A DNA stretch of 64,000 bases from Catajapyx aquilonaris (lineage: Eukaryota): positions 1-64,000 of the forward strand of contig KZ538303.1 of the NCBI GenBank assembly GCA_000934665.2, written 5' to 3'. The translations under genes and the position numbers were made by a program. The notes below the pieces were generated by a model that saw only the letters and a program-made list of their open reading frames with translations, did not search any database and had not been told where the DNA came from. This document shows, piece after piece, positions 1-12,083 of the stretch. Numbering within the stretch: position 1 is the first letter of the stretch; the number at the start of each line of letters is the position of its first letter.

Positions 1-3000
1 CCCCCCCCCCTTCCAAGTAAGATGATGTTGCAGATTCATATACAAGGCAAGGGGGTGGGATTCAAACGAAGCACTTCATAATATAAGTTTGTGCCAAGTT
101 TGTATACTTACTCGTACTACAGTGTGAACCGTGATGAAATTCTGCACATTTTTTTTGCTTAAATAATAGTTGTATTTTGTGGCACAAATTTTTATAACTG
201 TATCGAAAACCTCTAATAGGAATAGGAATCCTGAACATGTGCAAAAACTAGCGAATTTTTCCAGTACAATATTTTTGAACACATTCCCTATGAGAAACGA
301 AACTAAAATGTTAATTTATGATGACGTTAGTATGCAAATAACAACTCCGGGCCTACAATTCACATCAGGCTCATTGAATGCCTCGCAAAATCGACATGCT
401 TCAGTTTAATTACTACCGCGTAAAACAACATGGAGAGATTACAGTAGGATTTACTGATTCATACTGTGCAAAGTACCATAACTTTCCCGTCGCAGGGTAA
501 TTTAAAAAAAAACTTTTTTTGGTAATGAATGTTCCGCATCAGGTGTTAGAAATGATCTATCCCTTCCGAGAAGCGAGTCTTGTGTGTAATAGAATTAATG
601 ACGTAGGAAGCTTAGGCACCATGCGCATGATGAATATTGGAACGAGAGTTATTTATACCCCCCCGCCTAGCAATCAATTATAAATACTCTTCCCTGGAGG
701 CTCATAGTACACCCGCTGAGTTTTAATCCGCGCATAATTTACCCCATGACGACTCCAGTAAATAAGTGCGTGATTGACTTAATCTTTGAGTTTTTTTAAA
801 AAATTTTAAATGTCACATGTAACGGACTATGTAATGAAGAGGAGTTGCCTGGGAAACTCCAGCAAATTATATGGCGTTCAAGCCGGATCCGTTCGTTATA
901 GCTTGAATCGCTTTGGCCCTCTTCCAGCGCGAATTAAATTTTAATTAAACATTAATATCTGGATCCTAGCCTAGTACCGGCCTCCCCAATATAATACTGC
1001 CTCGTTCACGGTTTTTGTCAAGCATTGAATGGATGAAGGGCGTACAGAGGGCAATTATTTTGCAAAGGCCTCCAGGGAGAGACCAGCAGATATGTACTAG
1101 TACACCTTTATAACATAACTGCAGTGCACAAAGTGTGTTAGACATTGCTGAAAGTAGAATGTGATTAATTATGGAAAATTGTGCTTTATCCTATGATAAT
1201 AAACTTTGGTAAACACAGATTCAATCGCAATCGCACTAACTTGTAAGTTCAGTACTTGTCACTAACAAACTATCTTTCAACAGGTCCAACATACCTATAG
1301 AAACTGCGTCGTTATTTTTTATGCTTAAAAAGGGCCTTAATTAAATGTATTCCTTGCTACAATTACGACCCAACTAATTGGAGTGCACTTGGACCGTAGA
1401 ACCACTTTATACAGAGTAGATACTTGGTTACTCATTTGGAGGGTCACTTGAGATGGCAATGATACGCACTTGAAAATGAAACACTGCTAACAATATGGAG
1501 GCTCTGTGAAAAAATAATAATAAGGAAAGGTGGAAATGAGGAAAATCAGTGCTTGGAAGGTATGGGCGTGATGGGTAAAATCGATTTGAATATCTGAAGA
1601 CCATGATTGAAGTCTGGCATTGGAGAAGCCTAATGCTCTCTCGTTAGGGAGATCAAGTAGATGTAAAGGTTTCCCTTCAGATTGATTGGTGATGTTGATG
1701 GAGGCCGTTTTTTTATTATCTCCCACCCCAAAAAATGTATATAACTTATATCAAAGAAAAGCGTTTTAAAATTCGGCACACGCTGATACGAAAGGGGAAA
1801 CAGCACTGGTATAGTTTTTATGACCCAGGTTTCAGTGTGTGCCCCCAAGCCAATATCGGTATATAATGCACCAGCCTGAAGTTTATTGAACTATAAAAGT
1901 GGAGAGGGACAGGACGGGAAACACCGCTGTTGTTGTAATGAGAAAAGAACTGCCGTCTTGTCCAGGCCCACCCAAAAAATGTATATACACTGAGCTAGCC
2001 GCAAGAAAATATTTGCAACATTCCGCAAGCATTTCATTGAAATTTATGTGAAGCAATGTTTCTACATTTACGTCAGTGGAGTATAATGCAAGTGAACCTT
2101 TTCCCAATTATCCAGGCCATTCCATTCTAGATGAAGACATGTTGGATAGTGTTGCCGCACCCACCCTTAGTCCCTGTTGGCATCCGAAGCCCCTTGCCCA
2201 ACTCGATTACTCCTCCGTCAGTCCCATAATGAAAAGATTGGCTACCTAGACTCTGAAGCAATCAGGGCACGTTAATTGAAAATTGTTCGATCTTTTTTTT
2301 CTTCTATTTCTGTTAACTAAAAATGGCGCGCGACCGACTTCACACAAAGATGGTCAAGGAAGGAAAAAATGTTTCATGGGTGAGAGTCAACATTTCGCTC
2401 TGATGTTGATGGGCCATTAGGCTTCGCAGGGTGGCGTTGGGTTAGGGAAGAACCATTTGCATGCAAACAAAGAGGCGCAGCGATGGGAAATGGCGGCGTG
2501 GCCGGGAGGAAGAGAGTGTCAAGTCGTTTGCAGTTTAATCAGTCGTGTTCCTATCTGCCCGGATCAACACCGGGGATCCATCACCTCTCCATGCCATATA
2601 ATGCCAGGCCTCTCTCTCGCTCTCGCAGGCAGACAGGGGATAAAAAAACTAAACGCGGTTGAAAAACTGGTCTGCGATCAGCAGGACGTGGTCAAACTGC
2701 ACGCAAATTAACACTTGTGCATGTTAACTTTGTTGGCCGCGGCCTCCCGCTTTATACGGATTAACAACTTTCACTATAGGGAAATGCTCTGGTTCAATTA
2801 AAATGTGCACTGCCAAGCTGCCTTTACTATAATATTAGCTACTAATATGAATATAATCAATTCGCTATAATATTAGAAGCTAATGGTTTTGATAAAGTAG
2901 CTGCAAAATATTGGCCGCTTATGGGCACCTCAATAGGAACAGACTGTACATATGGCAACCGTGGTCCAGTAGGGCTTGACCACGTTGCAAATTATTTCAG

Positions 3001-4832
3001 CCTAATTGAAGGTGAGGTTGACAGTAACGTCACTTGTAATAAAGCAGAGGGCCCTGTTCAACGATTCGTTCCAGATTTGACATGCAATAACTATTAGGAG
3101 AGGATGATAATAATTTTATGAAAGTGACATTGCAACATTGTTTTTTCTGTTGTCAAAATTTGCTCGTTGTGACATTTCGTTTTAACAATTATTGCACTCC
3201 CTTTTCCACTCTTCAAAAGCGGTCATTTCAAAAATGGTTTCATTTATTAATTTTCTAGAAAGGTTTCCTCTTCAGTGAAAATTGGTGATTTGCATTAATC
3301 TCAATTGACATTTATGACATTCAATGACATTTATGAAGGATGAGTGCTCATACAACAAGCATCGAATGTTTTATTAAGCTTATAATTAAATATTGAACCA
3401 TCTGTACAATTGGCACAGAATATTCACACAAGCAAGAGTAATCAAATCTGATAATTTATTTTCGCATGTGTAGAGCATTTCTTGCCAATAAAAACGTGGA
3501 AAAAATTGCACAGGGATGACGGATGTATGTCCTTTTTTGCATAAGACATACTGTACGTAGTAGCAACCTTTTTTTAAACTTCTCAAGGCCGAACAGGTCC
3601 ATTCACGATTGTGTTTGAGCCACATTTCGAAATCCAAAATCAGTTCAAGACACGGTAGCGAGCTTTGCAAAAATGCCAAACCGTAAATATTGACTGTTGC
3701 AGCATTTCACGTGAGTCCTGTTGCCACATTGGCCGAATATTTTGAGTCGAGCCCAAAACTTGCGTTCTGTCCAACAAGGAGCAGACGCACCTTCGAAGGA
3801 CACGACAAATGGAATCCGGCCATGCTCTAGGGCTGCCAAAAAATCTCTTCCACCAGCCACCATCGTGGGGGCCGTATGTCTGTCTGTGTAGGTGAGGGCC
3901 AAAAATACCAGGGCCCTCGAGGGGCACTAATACCACAGCTGATAAGACTTGGGTTCTGCCCAGACCAAATTTCTATATCAGATAGAATGTCGCCCATTAA
4001 CCGAGACTGCGGGGTGGGCCAAAATAATGGGGCGGAACATTTCGCTTTAGGGGTGCGAAAGATGCTGGGATCTACCAAAACCAGCTCATAAACAAGCCTC
4101 TCCTGCTAATCTAATTAATTAGACTTGCGGGCGAGATCCAAGAGGAGAAAAAAGCTGCACTGTTCTTGATTTTCGTGTAATTGCTACGCTGTTGATTAAC
4201 CAGCTGAAATTCATGACGATTTTTTCCTCTCTACTAACTAGTAATGGAGTGAAAAGTTGCGGAGGCGGAAGATAATGCAAGAGATGAGAGCGAGTCACTT
4301 GTAGTCTCCTAATTATTACACTTGACGCATGTCTCTAGTGCCTGCTAATTAGCTTCACCCATCTTTTTGTGCGTAGTTTGCAGCAAAGTCTGGCTCTTTC
4401 CGAGTCGTGGAACCCACTCAATGGGAGCTTGAAAGTTGTTTCCAAATGAGGACTTGAATGTGCGCAGATTCAGATTTCTATGATCAACAATACGAGACCA
4501 GAGTACGTCAAGATGAAAGAAGCCAAATGAAATATTTTCTAGCAAAAAAATGGGTGCAGCTCGTTACCGCTCATTAACATTTCTGGTGGTCTACCTCATT
4601 CGATGTTGGTCACGAGAGAGTTTACAGTATCGGATGGCCTGTCTAGAAAGTAATTTTGCTAATTCACTAATTGGCACATTTTGTGTGGAATCTAGCTCCG
4701 CAACAGTAAAGCCCCTACATAAATGAGATTACATAAACCACCCAGAATTTAGCCTTACCTTTTACAAGGACAGAAGCTCAAGTACGAGGGCGGATCAAAA
4801 AAGACTGAGACTTATTTTTTTTCTCACACTAT

Positions 4833-5515
4833 TTATTGAACTGGATCAATGGGCACATGGTCTTTTTCGAAGTACTCCCCATCCATGTCAATACACTTTT
4901 TAAATCTTTTCTTCCATTCGTCAAACACATGGTGCAGGCCATTCTTTGTGACCTCCTTCAGGATCGCCTCAGATTTCTTCAGTACAGCTGTAGACGTCTC
5001 AAATCGCTGTCCTCGTAGCTTGGACTTCAGAGTGGGGAATTTAAAAAAGTCACATGGAGCCAGGTCAGGGCTGTAGGGAGCTTGCGGTACACAGGAGATG
5101 TTTTTTTTGGCCAAATATCTAGTTACGTCATTCGCAACATGAGGCCTGGCGTTGTCGTGATGGAGCCTCCATCCACTCAGGTGGAGTTCCGGGCGTTTTT
5201 TGGCGATGTGCTTCCTGAGAGTCTTGATCACTGAGAGGTAGTACTGTCCGGTGACAGAAGTGTGGCGGGGAACTGCGTATTGGTATCATCAGTCCAAAAA
5301 GAATTGTCCCTCGCGTCGAGCGGGCAGCCACGCGTCAGGATGAAAGGAACCAGTTAACTGGTTGAACTTTCATCCTGACGAGTAGCTGCCCGCTCGACGC
5401 GAGGGACAATTCTTTTTGAACCTTTGATACACCATTCCCACGTTTCTGAAAACGTTTTCCCCAGGCGAAAGCAGAATTTGATGGCCGCGTACTGCTCCTC
5501 GCGTGTCACTTCCAT
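4833..5515 (-). pseudogene. Disrupted mariner transposase
   Basis: The N-terminus MEVTREEQYAAIKFCFRLGKTFSETWE starts at 5515. The C-terminal part (4833 to ~5285) has WRLHHDNARPH and YSPDLAPCDF with exactly 34 residues between the catalytic Asp residues. The central part (second HTH, WVPHEL-like linker, first catalytic Asp) is missing, and stops or frameshifts lie at the junction. Confidence 0.93.
5295..5418. repeat. ~124-bp near-perfect palindrome inside the mariner
   Basis: CAAAAAGAATTGTCCCTCGCGTCGAGCGGGCAGC...CGTCAGGATGAAAG is mirrored by CTTTCATCCTGACG...GCTGCCCGCTCGACGCGAGGGACAATTCTTTTTG around a central AACCAGTTAACTGGTT. Confidence 0.95.
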
Positions 5516-6527
5516 TTCATCAGTGCGAGGCGAAATTGAAGCAGCCATCTTTGCAACGAGCAGTGTAGCCAGACGAATGCTCATACATTGATGCCATTTG
5601 GCCACCTCATTAAACAAAGCCCGCCGTTTTCAAATATATCAATTTCAAAAGTGAAGATTCAAAGCAATATTTATTAAAAAATAAGTCTCAGTCTTTTTTG
5701 ATCAGCCCTCGTATAATACAATTATGAATGCCTGCATAGACTTGAGATAACAGAGATGGCATTGCATGTAATCGAAGATAACACTACATGACTTTCTGTT
5801 TTAAGAATTTTCTCAAAGTCAGTGATTTCAATCCCATTCAGTCAGATTTTATTCCAAGTTTTCCTACAGGTTTTGCCCAAGGGACCTTTTCCTTTAATCA
5901 TGGAAGATCTGCAAATCTAGAGTTGGCACGTGTTACACCTTACCTGTGTGCACTGCATAATTTAATTCGCTCCTGGCTCTCACTCTCCGAAATGCAATTC
6001 TACTCGACCTTCACACGTGTCATGATATTTCGCAACCCCTTACTTTTTACGCCTTGTAAGGAACTTGAGAAAAGTTTCCTCCCTGATAAGCAGCAACAAT
6101 CAAACTGGAGACTTCATCACACAGACCAAAGACCAAGCATTGTTGATGGATCATAATGGCGAGAAAGGACGTCGGAAAACACGGGCACAGAAAACTCAAT
6201 TGAACACTCCCGCAAAAGGACCAGGGGACTTCTACCCTCCTTCTCTCTATTCCACCATGTTGGATGCCGCTTTAGAGGCCAGACAAGAAAGGCGCCATAA
6301 ATTGCGGAAACAGCTCCTATCGCTTGCAACGAGGGCGGGGGGATATTGAATTTGGGATTGTTGGGTCAGGGAGAGAGAAATGTACGAACTGAGAGGCTAG
6401 AAAGAGGAGGAGGGAAGGGAAGGAGAAGAGATCCGTCTTGTTTGAACGACTCCCCAGGGAAGGGATAACTCGGCTACGGTGCTCTAAAGATCTGAGAAGT
6501 CGCGAGTTAAGGTCACTTTTCTACAGT

Positions 6528-6593
6528 ATCATTCTGGGGAGACTAACCTAACCTAACCTTTAGGTTAGGTTCGGTTAGTCTCCCCAGAATGAT
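6528..6593. repeat. 66-bp hairpin with CCTAA/TTAGG core
   Basis: 32-bp arms ATCATTCTGGGGAGACTAACCTAACCTAACCT and AGGTTAGGTTCGGTTAGTCTCCCCAGAATGAT, with 1 mismatch and a 2-nt loop. Confidence 0.95.
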
Positions 6594-6603
6594 TTCGAGT
6601 GAT

Positions 6604-6742
6604 TTAGGATAGGTTAGAATAGGTTAGGTTCTAATCTAACCTATCCTAACCTATTCTAACCTATCCTAACCTATTCTAACCTATCCTAACCTATCCTAAC
6701 CTATTCTAACCTATCCTAACCTATCCTAACCTATCCTAACCT
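6604..6742. repeat. Degenerate telomere-like (TTAGG/CCTAA) tract with a 10-bp higher-order unit
   Basis: TTAGGATAGGTTAGAATAGGTTAGG is followed by about ten copies of CTAT(C/T)CTAAC, the reverse-complement orientation. Confidence 0.9.
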
Positions 6743-9700
6743 GACTAAACATAACTTTTTATTAAAATAACTGCGACTATAGATAAGCTGCTACCATATG
6801 TTGTAGCTATTACGTTAATAATGACTAAAGCAGTGTTGACACATTGCCTAACTTTTCTCGTTCTATGGAGCATCCTCATTTGAGTAGAAACCTGACAAAA
6901 CTGTTAATCAGTTAGACTGCCTTTTACCTGACCCAGCCCAGGCAAGGCTATAACTAGCAGGTTCAATTAATCAGCGCCAAGGTGTGATCTGGTTCCCGGA
7001 AGTGCCCCGGGGAGGTGTACCAGACTAATGGAAATGGCGGCTCGCTCAGAGTTAGGAGATTTTGACAGAAGGATCCTCCGGCCAAAATGGTTCCAGGGGG
7101 CTCAAAATACCAGCCGTGAGAAAACCCAATTACATATAACGGTACTGCACGATATATGGGCGTGGTTGCGTCTTTTTTTCTTGTTGCAAAGTAGTACAGC
7201 AAACTTTTCTCTGGCCAAGAAGATCAAGTCGAAATCTGAAAGAAGAAGAGAAAAAAGAGGTGCGGAATCAGCAAGAAGAGTTTGCTGGCAGGTCTCGTCT
7301 ACACCTGTTGGGACCTGTCGAGAAAAACGTTGAGAGATTCGGCTACGTGGGAATAAATTGCGCACGCAAAAGATGCATTAGTTATTTTGGGAGAACCTGA
7401 GAGCCTTGCAGGTTATGTCTCTCATCGCATGACGCCCACTGCTGCTGCGATTTTGACTCCTATTCCTGGAATTAACTTTTGGAACCGAATTTCGGAAATT
7501 GGGTCTGACCCTTCAATCTACACTAATGGAAACTTCGGGGCGTGGGTCTGGTAAGATCACCCTGTATACTAAGAGAAGGTTGGTTTAGATCCGGTTAACG
7601 AACCTTATTTTTTCTGTTCTCTCGGTCTCCTTGCCGGAGATGCCTGGATGCCCGGTGGAACGTCCGGAATAGTATTTTAATTTCCTGCCAAGCAAGAGCA
7701 ATGGGACGGAAGGCATTCCCGGAACGGACTTTGCATGAATGCGAAGGTCAAGTCAAGCTGGCTGGCGACCTATCCCTATACACACTCTAAAAAGGACCAT
7801 CCAAATATCCCCAGTACTGGAAGTTTTTGGACAATAGCAATAAATTTTGGTGCAATCGATTCCACGGCCGAATTAAATTGGTTCAGCGAAACATATTGCT
7901 CTTTGGGTGCAGCCAATCGATGGAGTTACGCTTCGGGAAGTAAATAACGTGTTGCAGGCCGGTTTCATGCTGATAAAAACAGCGTGGGTTAAACGTGTTT
8001 CCTGCTTAGCCACACGAGCCCTCTGTCGCATATCTGGCACGTGATGTCATGTCGACAATTCTGAAGAGAAGGATGCGGGGGGCTCGTGCCAAAAAGTACC
8101 TTGTTTGCATAAGAATCATTGTGTTTCGTAATAGAGCAGACAAACTTTTAGGCTGGGTTCGTGGGAAGTACCGGATCATTTCATGTCCGTACTTATATTA
8201 TGGAGATAACTAGCTAAATGTGCCGAATACATCGGAAATTTCCCGACATGAAGGCACAGTGATGTGACTATTTGCATGCTCTACAATGTGACAAAAAGGG
8301 CTGCCCGAGCCAACATTGCGCGTATTCTTCTCCTTGTCCGGGTGTGGTCAGCTGCAGTTAAATGGTCTCTTTTTTGGGTGGGATGTCCACTCTGCTGCGG
8401 TTGTCGAGGGAGATAAAAAAAAGACCGGGCGCCAACGCAAGTGCCGCGCGTGTCTGCGCAACATAATTCGGATCTCTATGGGACCTGGTCATATAAATGA
8501 GGATGAGAGAGAGACCCCCGTCGGTATATATGCAATTGCGAACCACTCTTTTCCAACAACGTGACACATTAATAAGCGGACGGATAATAAAGTCTGGAAG
8601 AAATTTTGAATTGCGTTTCTTTATTAGTCTAATCCGGCACTGAAAGGACGGAGTCAGGTGTGGAAGAGTTTAAGTAGAACTTGGTTTTAATCCAAGTCGC
8701 ATTGATACATAAAATCCAGGAATCATATACGCTGAACTAATGTTGCGGAAGATTTTAGCAAGTCAATAAGGGGGCGTTTACACTATGAAGCCTGGTTTCA
8801 TGAATCTGAAAGCACATTATTCAAGAACTTATTCTATCATGAATAATATTATTATAAAAGAGATGACACTTGTAAAGCTTCACTGCTGACCTCTGAGGTC
8901 AGCGTGTTTTCATACAACGTAATCCTGAGCGGAGGCACTTGATTAAATCCGATTCCTCCTAAGCCTTTACAGGCAGGTCCTCTGTCTGATGTCTTGTGCC
9001 GGGCCCATTCTGGAAACAAAACCGTCTCAGAAAATGGATGCTTTTGTACCCAGCAATCCCAGGGTCCCTAAATATGTAATTGTGCTTCGGATACAAATGT
9101 AGCCCCGTTTCCTCAGCAAGTCTCCTGAAAGGAAATGCTCAATAAGTCATGATGTCGTTTCCTTCCCCTCCCCCCCTGCTTTTGCTATACAGACGACAAG
9201 GTAATCGCTCGTATAAGACGAGCCCATGCTTGTATAAAGGACCAGGGTTGGTGCTTCGGTCAATGTTTGTTCCTCGACGGAGGTTACGTCTTTGCACCCA
9301 TTACATATGAAGCAGTGCTGTGTTTGTGGATGTATGGCCCTCTGATTACACGTTCAACAAACAGTAATTTTGACTACCTGTTTTATTTACAGAAATAGCA
9401 ATTCTTTTCGAATTTTTCACAAACTTTGTCATTTATAATAATATGAGGATTTTTGGCACCTAGATCGTGCTGCTTGGTTTTGCCCTGTGGTAAAGTCTAA
9501 TTTCATGTTTCGCACCTTCACTACTTTAATTTTCTTTGAACCTTAAGGTCGTGCACACGCATCCGGCAGAGTTTGCTTAAGCACCATCCCGACTCGATCC
9601 ATTCTGTTGTTGGTAATGAGACGTCCTTAACAGGCATCTGCTGCCAGCCCAATCCAATTTGTGGTGGCGCGAGTATTCATAGATTGTTGGTGCTGCTGCT

Positions 9701-12004
9701 TCTGCGGCGGGTTCCTCCTCTGACCAGACAAAAATATTATAGATATATAAAAAAATTTGTTCCATCCTCTCTGCTGGAAAATCGAGTTGGCGGCGGCGGC
9801 TCCAACAATGCGACCCGCCTCTACAAAAGAGACCCAATCATGGCAGCCCCACGTGATGACCATTGACGATTTTCTTCCGCCCCCAGGATTTTATTGCCCA
9901 TCCTCTACAAAAGGACCCGAAGGAAATTGTGCCCCCCCCCCCTCCCAACCCCCTAGCATTTTGAGGATGTCCATTGTTGGCTGGCACCTGCGGGACGTAA
10001 CCTTCCCGTCGTCCTTCCTAATTAGATGGAAAAGGGGGTGACATGCCCCCAAGATTCTGCCAGGCAATTATGACAAGGATGTTCTCATCTCCGGTCGAAA
10101 GACTTGTTAGCAGGCTGATAATTCTCGGGTTATCCTGACCGATAAGAGAGATGGCGAGAGAGAGAAGCCTCGTGGAATTCAATAAACACATTCTTTTCCG
10201 ATTCGAGCCATTTGAATCCTTGAATACTATAGAACTACTATAGTATATACCGAAAAGGGGAGGCAGCCTTCATTGACTCGCCTGTGTATACTATACAGTA
10301 GCCCCTGCAGGGTTGGGAGTATCGATGTGTTGAAGCCCAGGCGAAGCTAACCCGGAGAAAAACCTAATTATTTTTTGGGAACCTGACTTTTGGGCTTATT
10401 TGAATGCTTCGACTCCAATTGTGTGCTGCATGTTCCGGCCCAAGATAAAACGCGTGTCTTTATTGGGTGCCCTGTATAGTGCTTTTCATTATTGGCGTGC
10501 TTGTGCCGGAATAGCAAATGAGCTCCATTTTAGAGATTGGCCAGCAGCCGCAAGAATGGGAATGATAAATGTACTTGATGTTGGGAATGGAGCGTTTGTG
10601 TAATTGACAAAATTATTTGTACAGTCTGGATACAGGGTGTTCAAGATTCGTGGGTCCACTTTTTGATAACTTTTGCAACAAGGCTATCGGGCGGAATCAA
10701 TCATCAAAAAGTGACTATAACACGCTGTATATGCCTAGATATCTGTCACCTTGACTACCTACATCTCGACCTAAATCCAGTTGAATTCTGATGAGACATG
10801 ACGACATACATCCGTCTCTCAGAGTTTCTTTGATAGCTCAGAGTAATAAAGTCTTTGAAGGAACGAGGCAGACTTCCGCCTTTGCCTTTTCTGTCGCTGT
10901 TTATAGTTTCGGTCTGTTAGGCATGTAATAATCAAACCGCACGACTCGAACCCGAATCCGTCTTGAAAAATCATACTAAAAAAATGTCGGTGGTTTTATT
11001 TTCTGTAGACAAAAAAGCCAACAGTTTGAAGCCCTCATTAGTCTCTTGGAGAAGTTTTTTTTCGCTGAAAATATTTCGTAAGGACTTTTTAGAACCCCCT
11101 GCTGTCAATTAATGGCGAAAAGGTGGAAGAAGGAGAATAAAAAAGGGGGGGAGCAGGATTACAAAAGGTCTCGTGAAAAGATTGCTCTAGGGTTGGCTTG
11201 GGTACGATCCCTCAAAGTGGGTTCTTTTTTTTTGGAAAAACCTGGTGGTATAAGGTGGTGGGAGGGAAGGATAAAATATAGGAAAGGAAGCATGACAGTT
11301 TCCATTCAGAAAAGATGTCAGCAGCTTCCACTCTGGGAAATTGCTTCTCTGGCGCATAGGAGATAATCCGGGCTTTTGCTCCTAGTTTCGGGGGAAAAGA
11401 GGGAAATGTCGGCCGCTGCTGCTGCCTCTGATAACCTCCCCCTTTTCCATGTGCTAAGGTGGACTCGCAATTTTGGAAAGAAAAAAAAGAGTTGCGAACT
11501 AGAAGAAAAGTCGCCCTCCAGAAAGATCGCAATTAATTCGAGCAACGCCCGGTCCAATATTGATGACAGGTAGCAAGGATTTTCCGGAGAGGAGCAATCA
11601 CAGTCAAGGCAGATAAATGCGCCTGTAATTGCATATCAGAATCGCAGGACCGGAGACGGGAATGAAATTTCAGGGTGTCAGGGTTATATTGGAGGATGTT
11701 CTTTTCTCCCAAACTTTGCTTCCAATGTGTGACAACAATAGTGAGTCAGAACTTGAGGATAGTAGCCTGAGTTTGGCACACCAACGAAGGTCATGTTTAC
11801 GTTGTTTGTGAGATTTGGTTCCCTTGCACAGTCTATTCCTGCACTATCAGTTTGAGGTCACTCTCAGGTCGTAGAGGTTTCAAACTTTGGCTGGCATGAA
11901 CCGGACCATATACGTGTGCAAGAGTTAATTAAACAAATCTGCGCGGGAGGTCTTAAAACGGTGTGGCATGTAATTTCCTGTCATTGATTAACCGGCTATT
12001 AATT

Positions 12005-12017
12005 TGTGGTTTTGCAG
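12005..12017 (+). other. Putative 3' splice acceptor of a 5'-UTR intron of the Octbeta2R-like gene
   Basis: TGTGGTTTTGCAG| ends at 12017, where composition switches to GC-rich exon-like sequence. In-frame stops (TGA at 12018 and a later TAA) lie between it and ATG 12084, so any upstream exon is non-coding for this frame. Confidence 0.6.
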
Positions 12018-12083
12018 TGACGATGGCGAGCGGCATAAGGACGACGCACCGGACGTAGGACAAGGCGGTGGTGGTGCTATGGG

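Larger units (their letters stand above)
4785..5711 (-). mobile_element. Mariner (Tc1/mariner, D34D) DNA transposon, internally deleted non-autonomous copy, 927 bp
   Basis: Left end TA|CGAGGGCGGATCAAAAAAGACTGAGACTTATTTTTT (TA at 4783-4784). The right end reverse-complements to CGAGGGCTGATCAAAAAAGACTGAGACTTATTTTTT, with TA at 5712-5713. This gives ~36-bp TIRs with 1 mismatch, a TA target duplication and transposase remnants inside. Confidence 0.96.

Noticed and set aside
6065..6349. Protein-like short ORFs here and at 27740-28135, 19490-20228 and 3640-4091
   Set aside because: No identifiable family motifs or supporting splice structure, and the lengths are compatible with chance.
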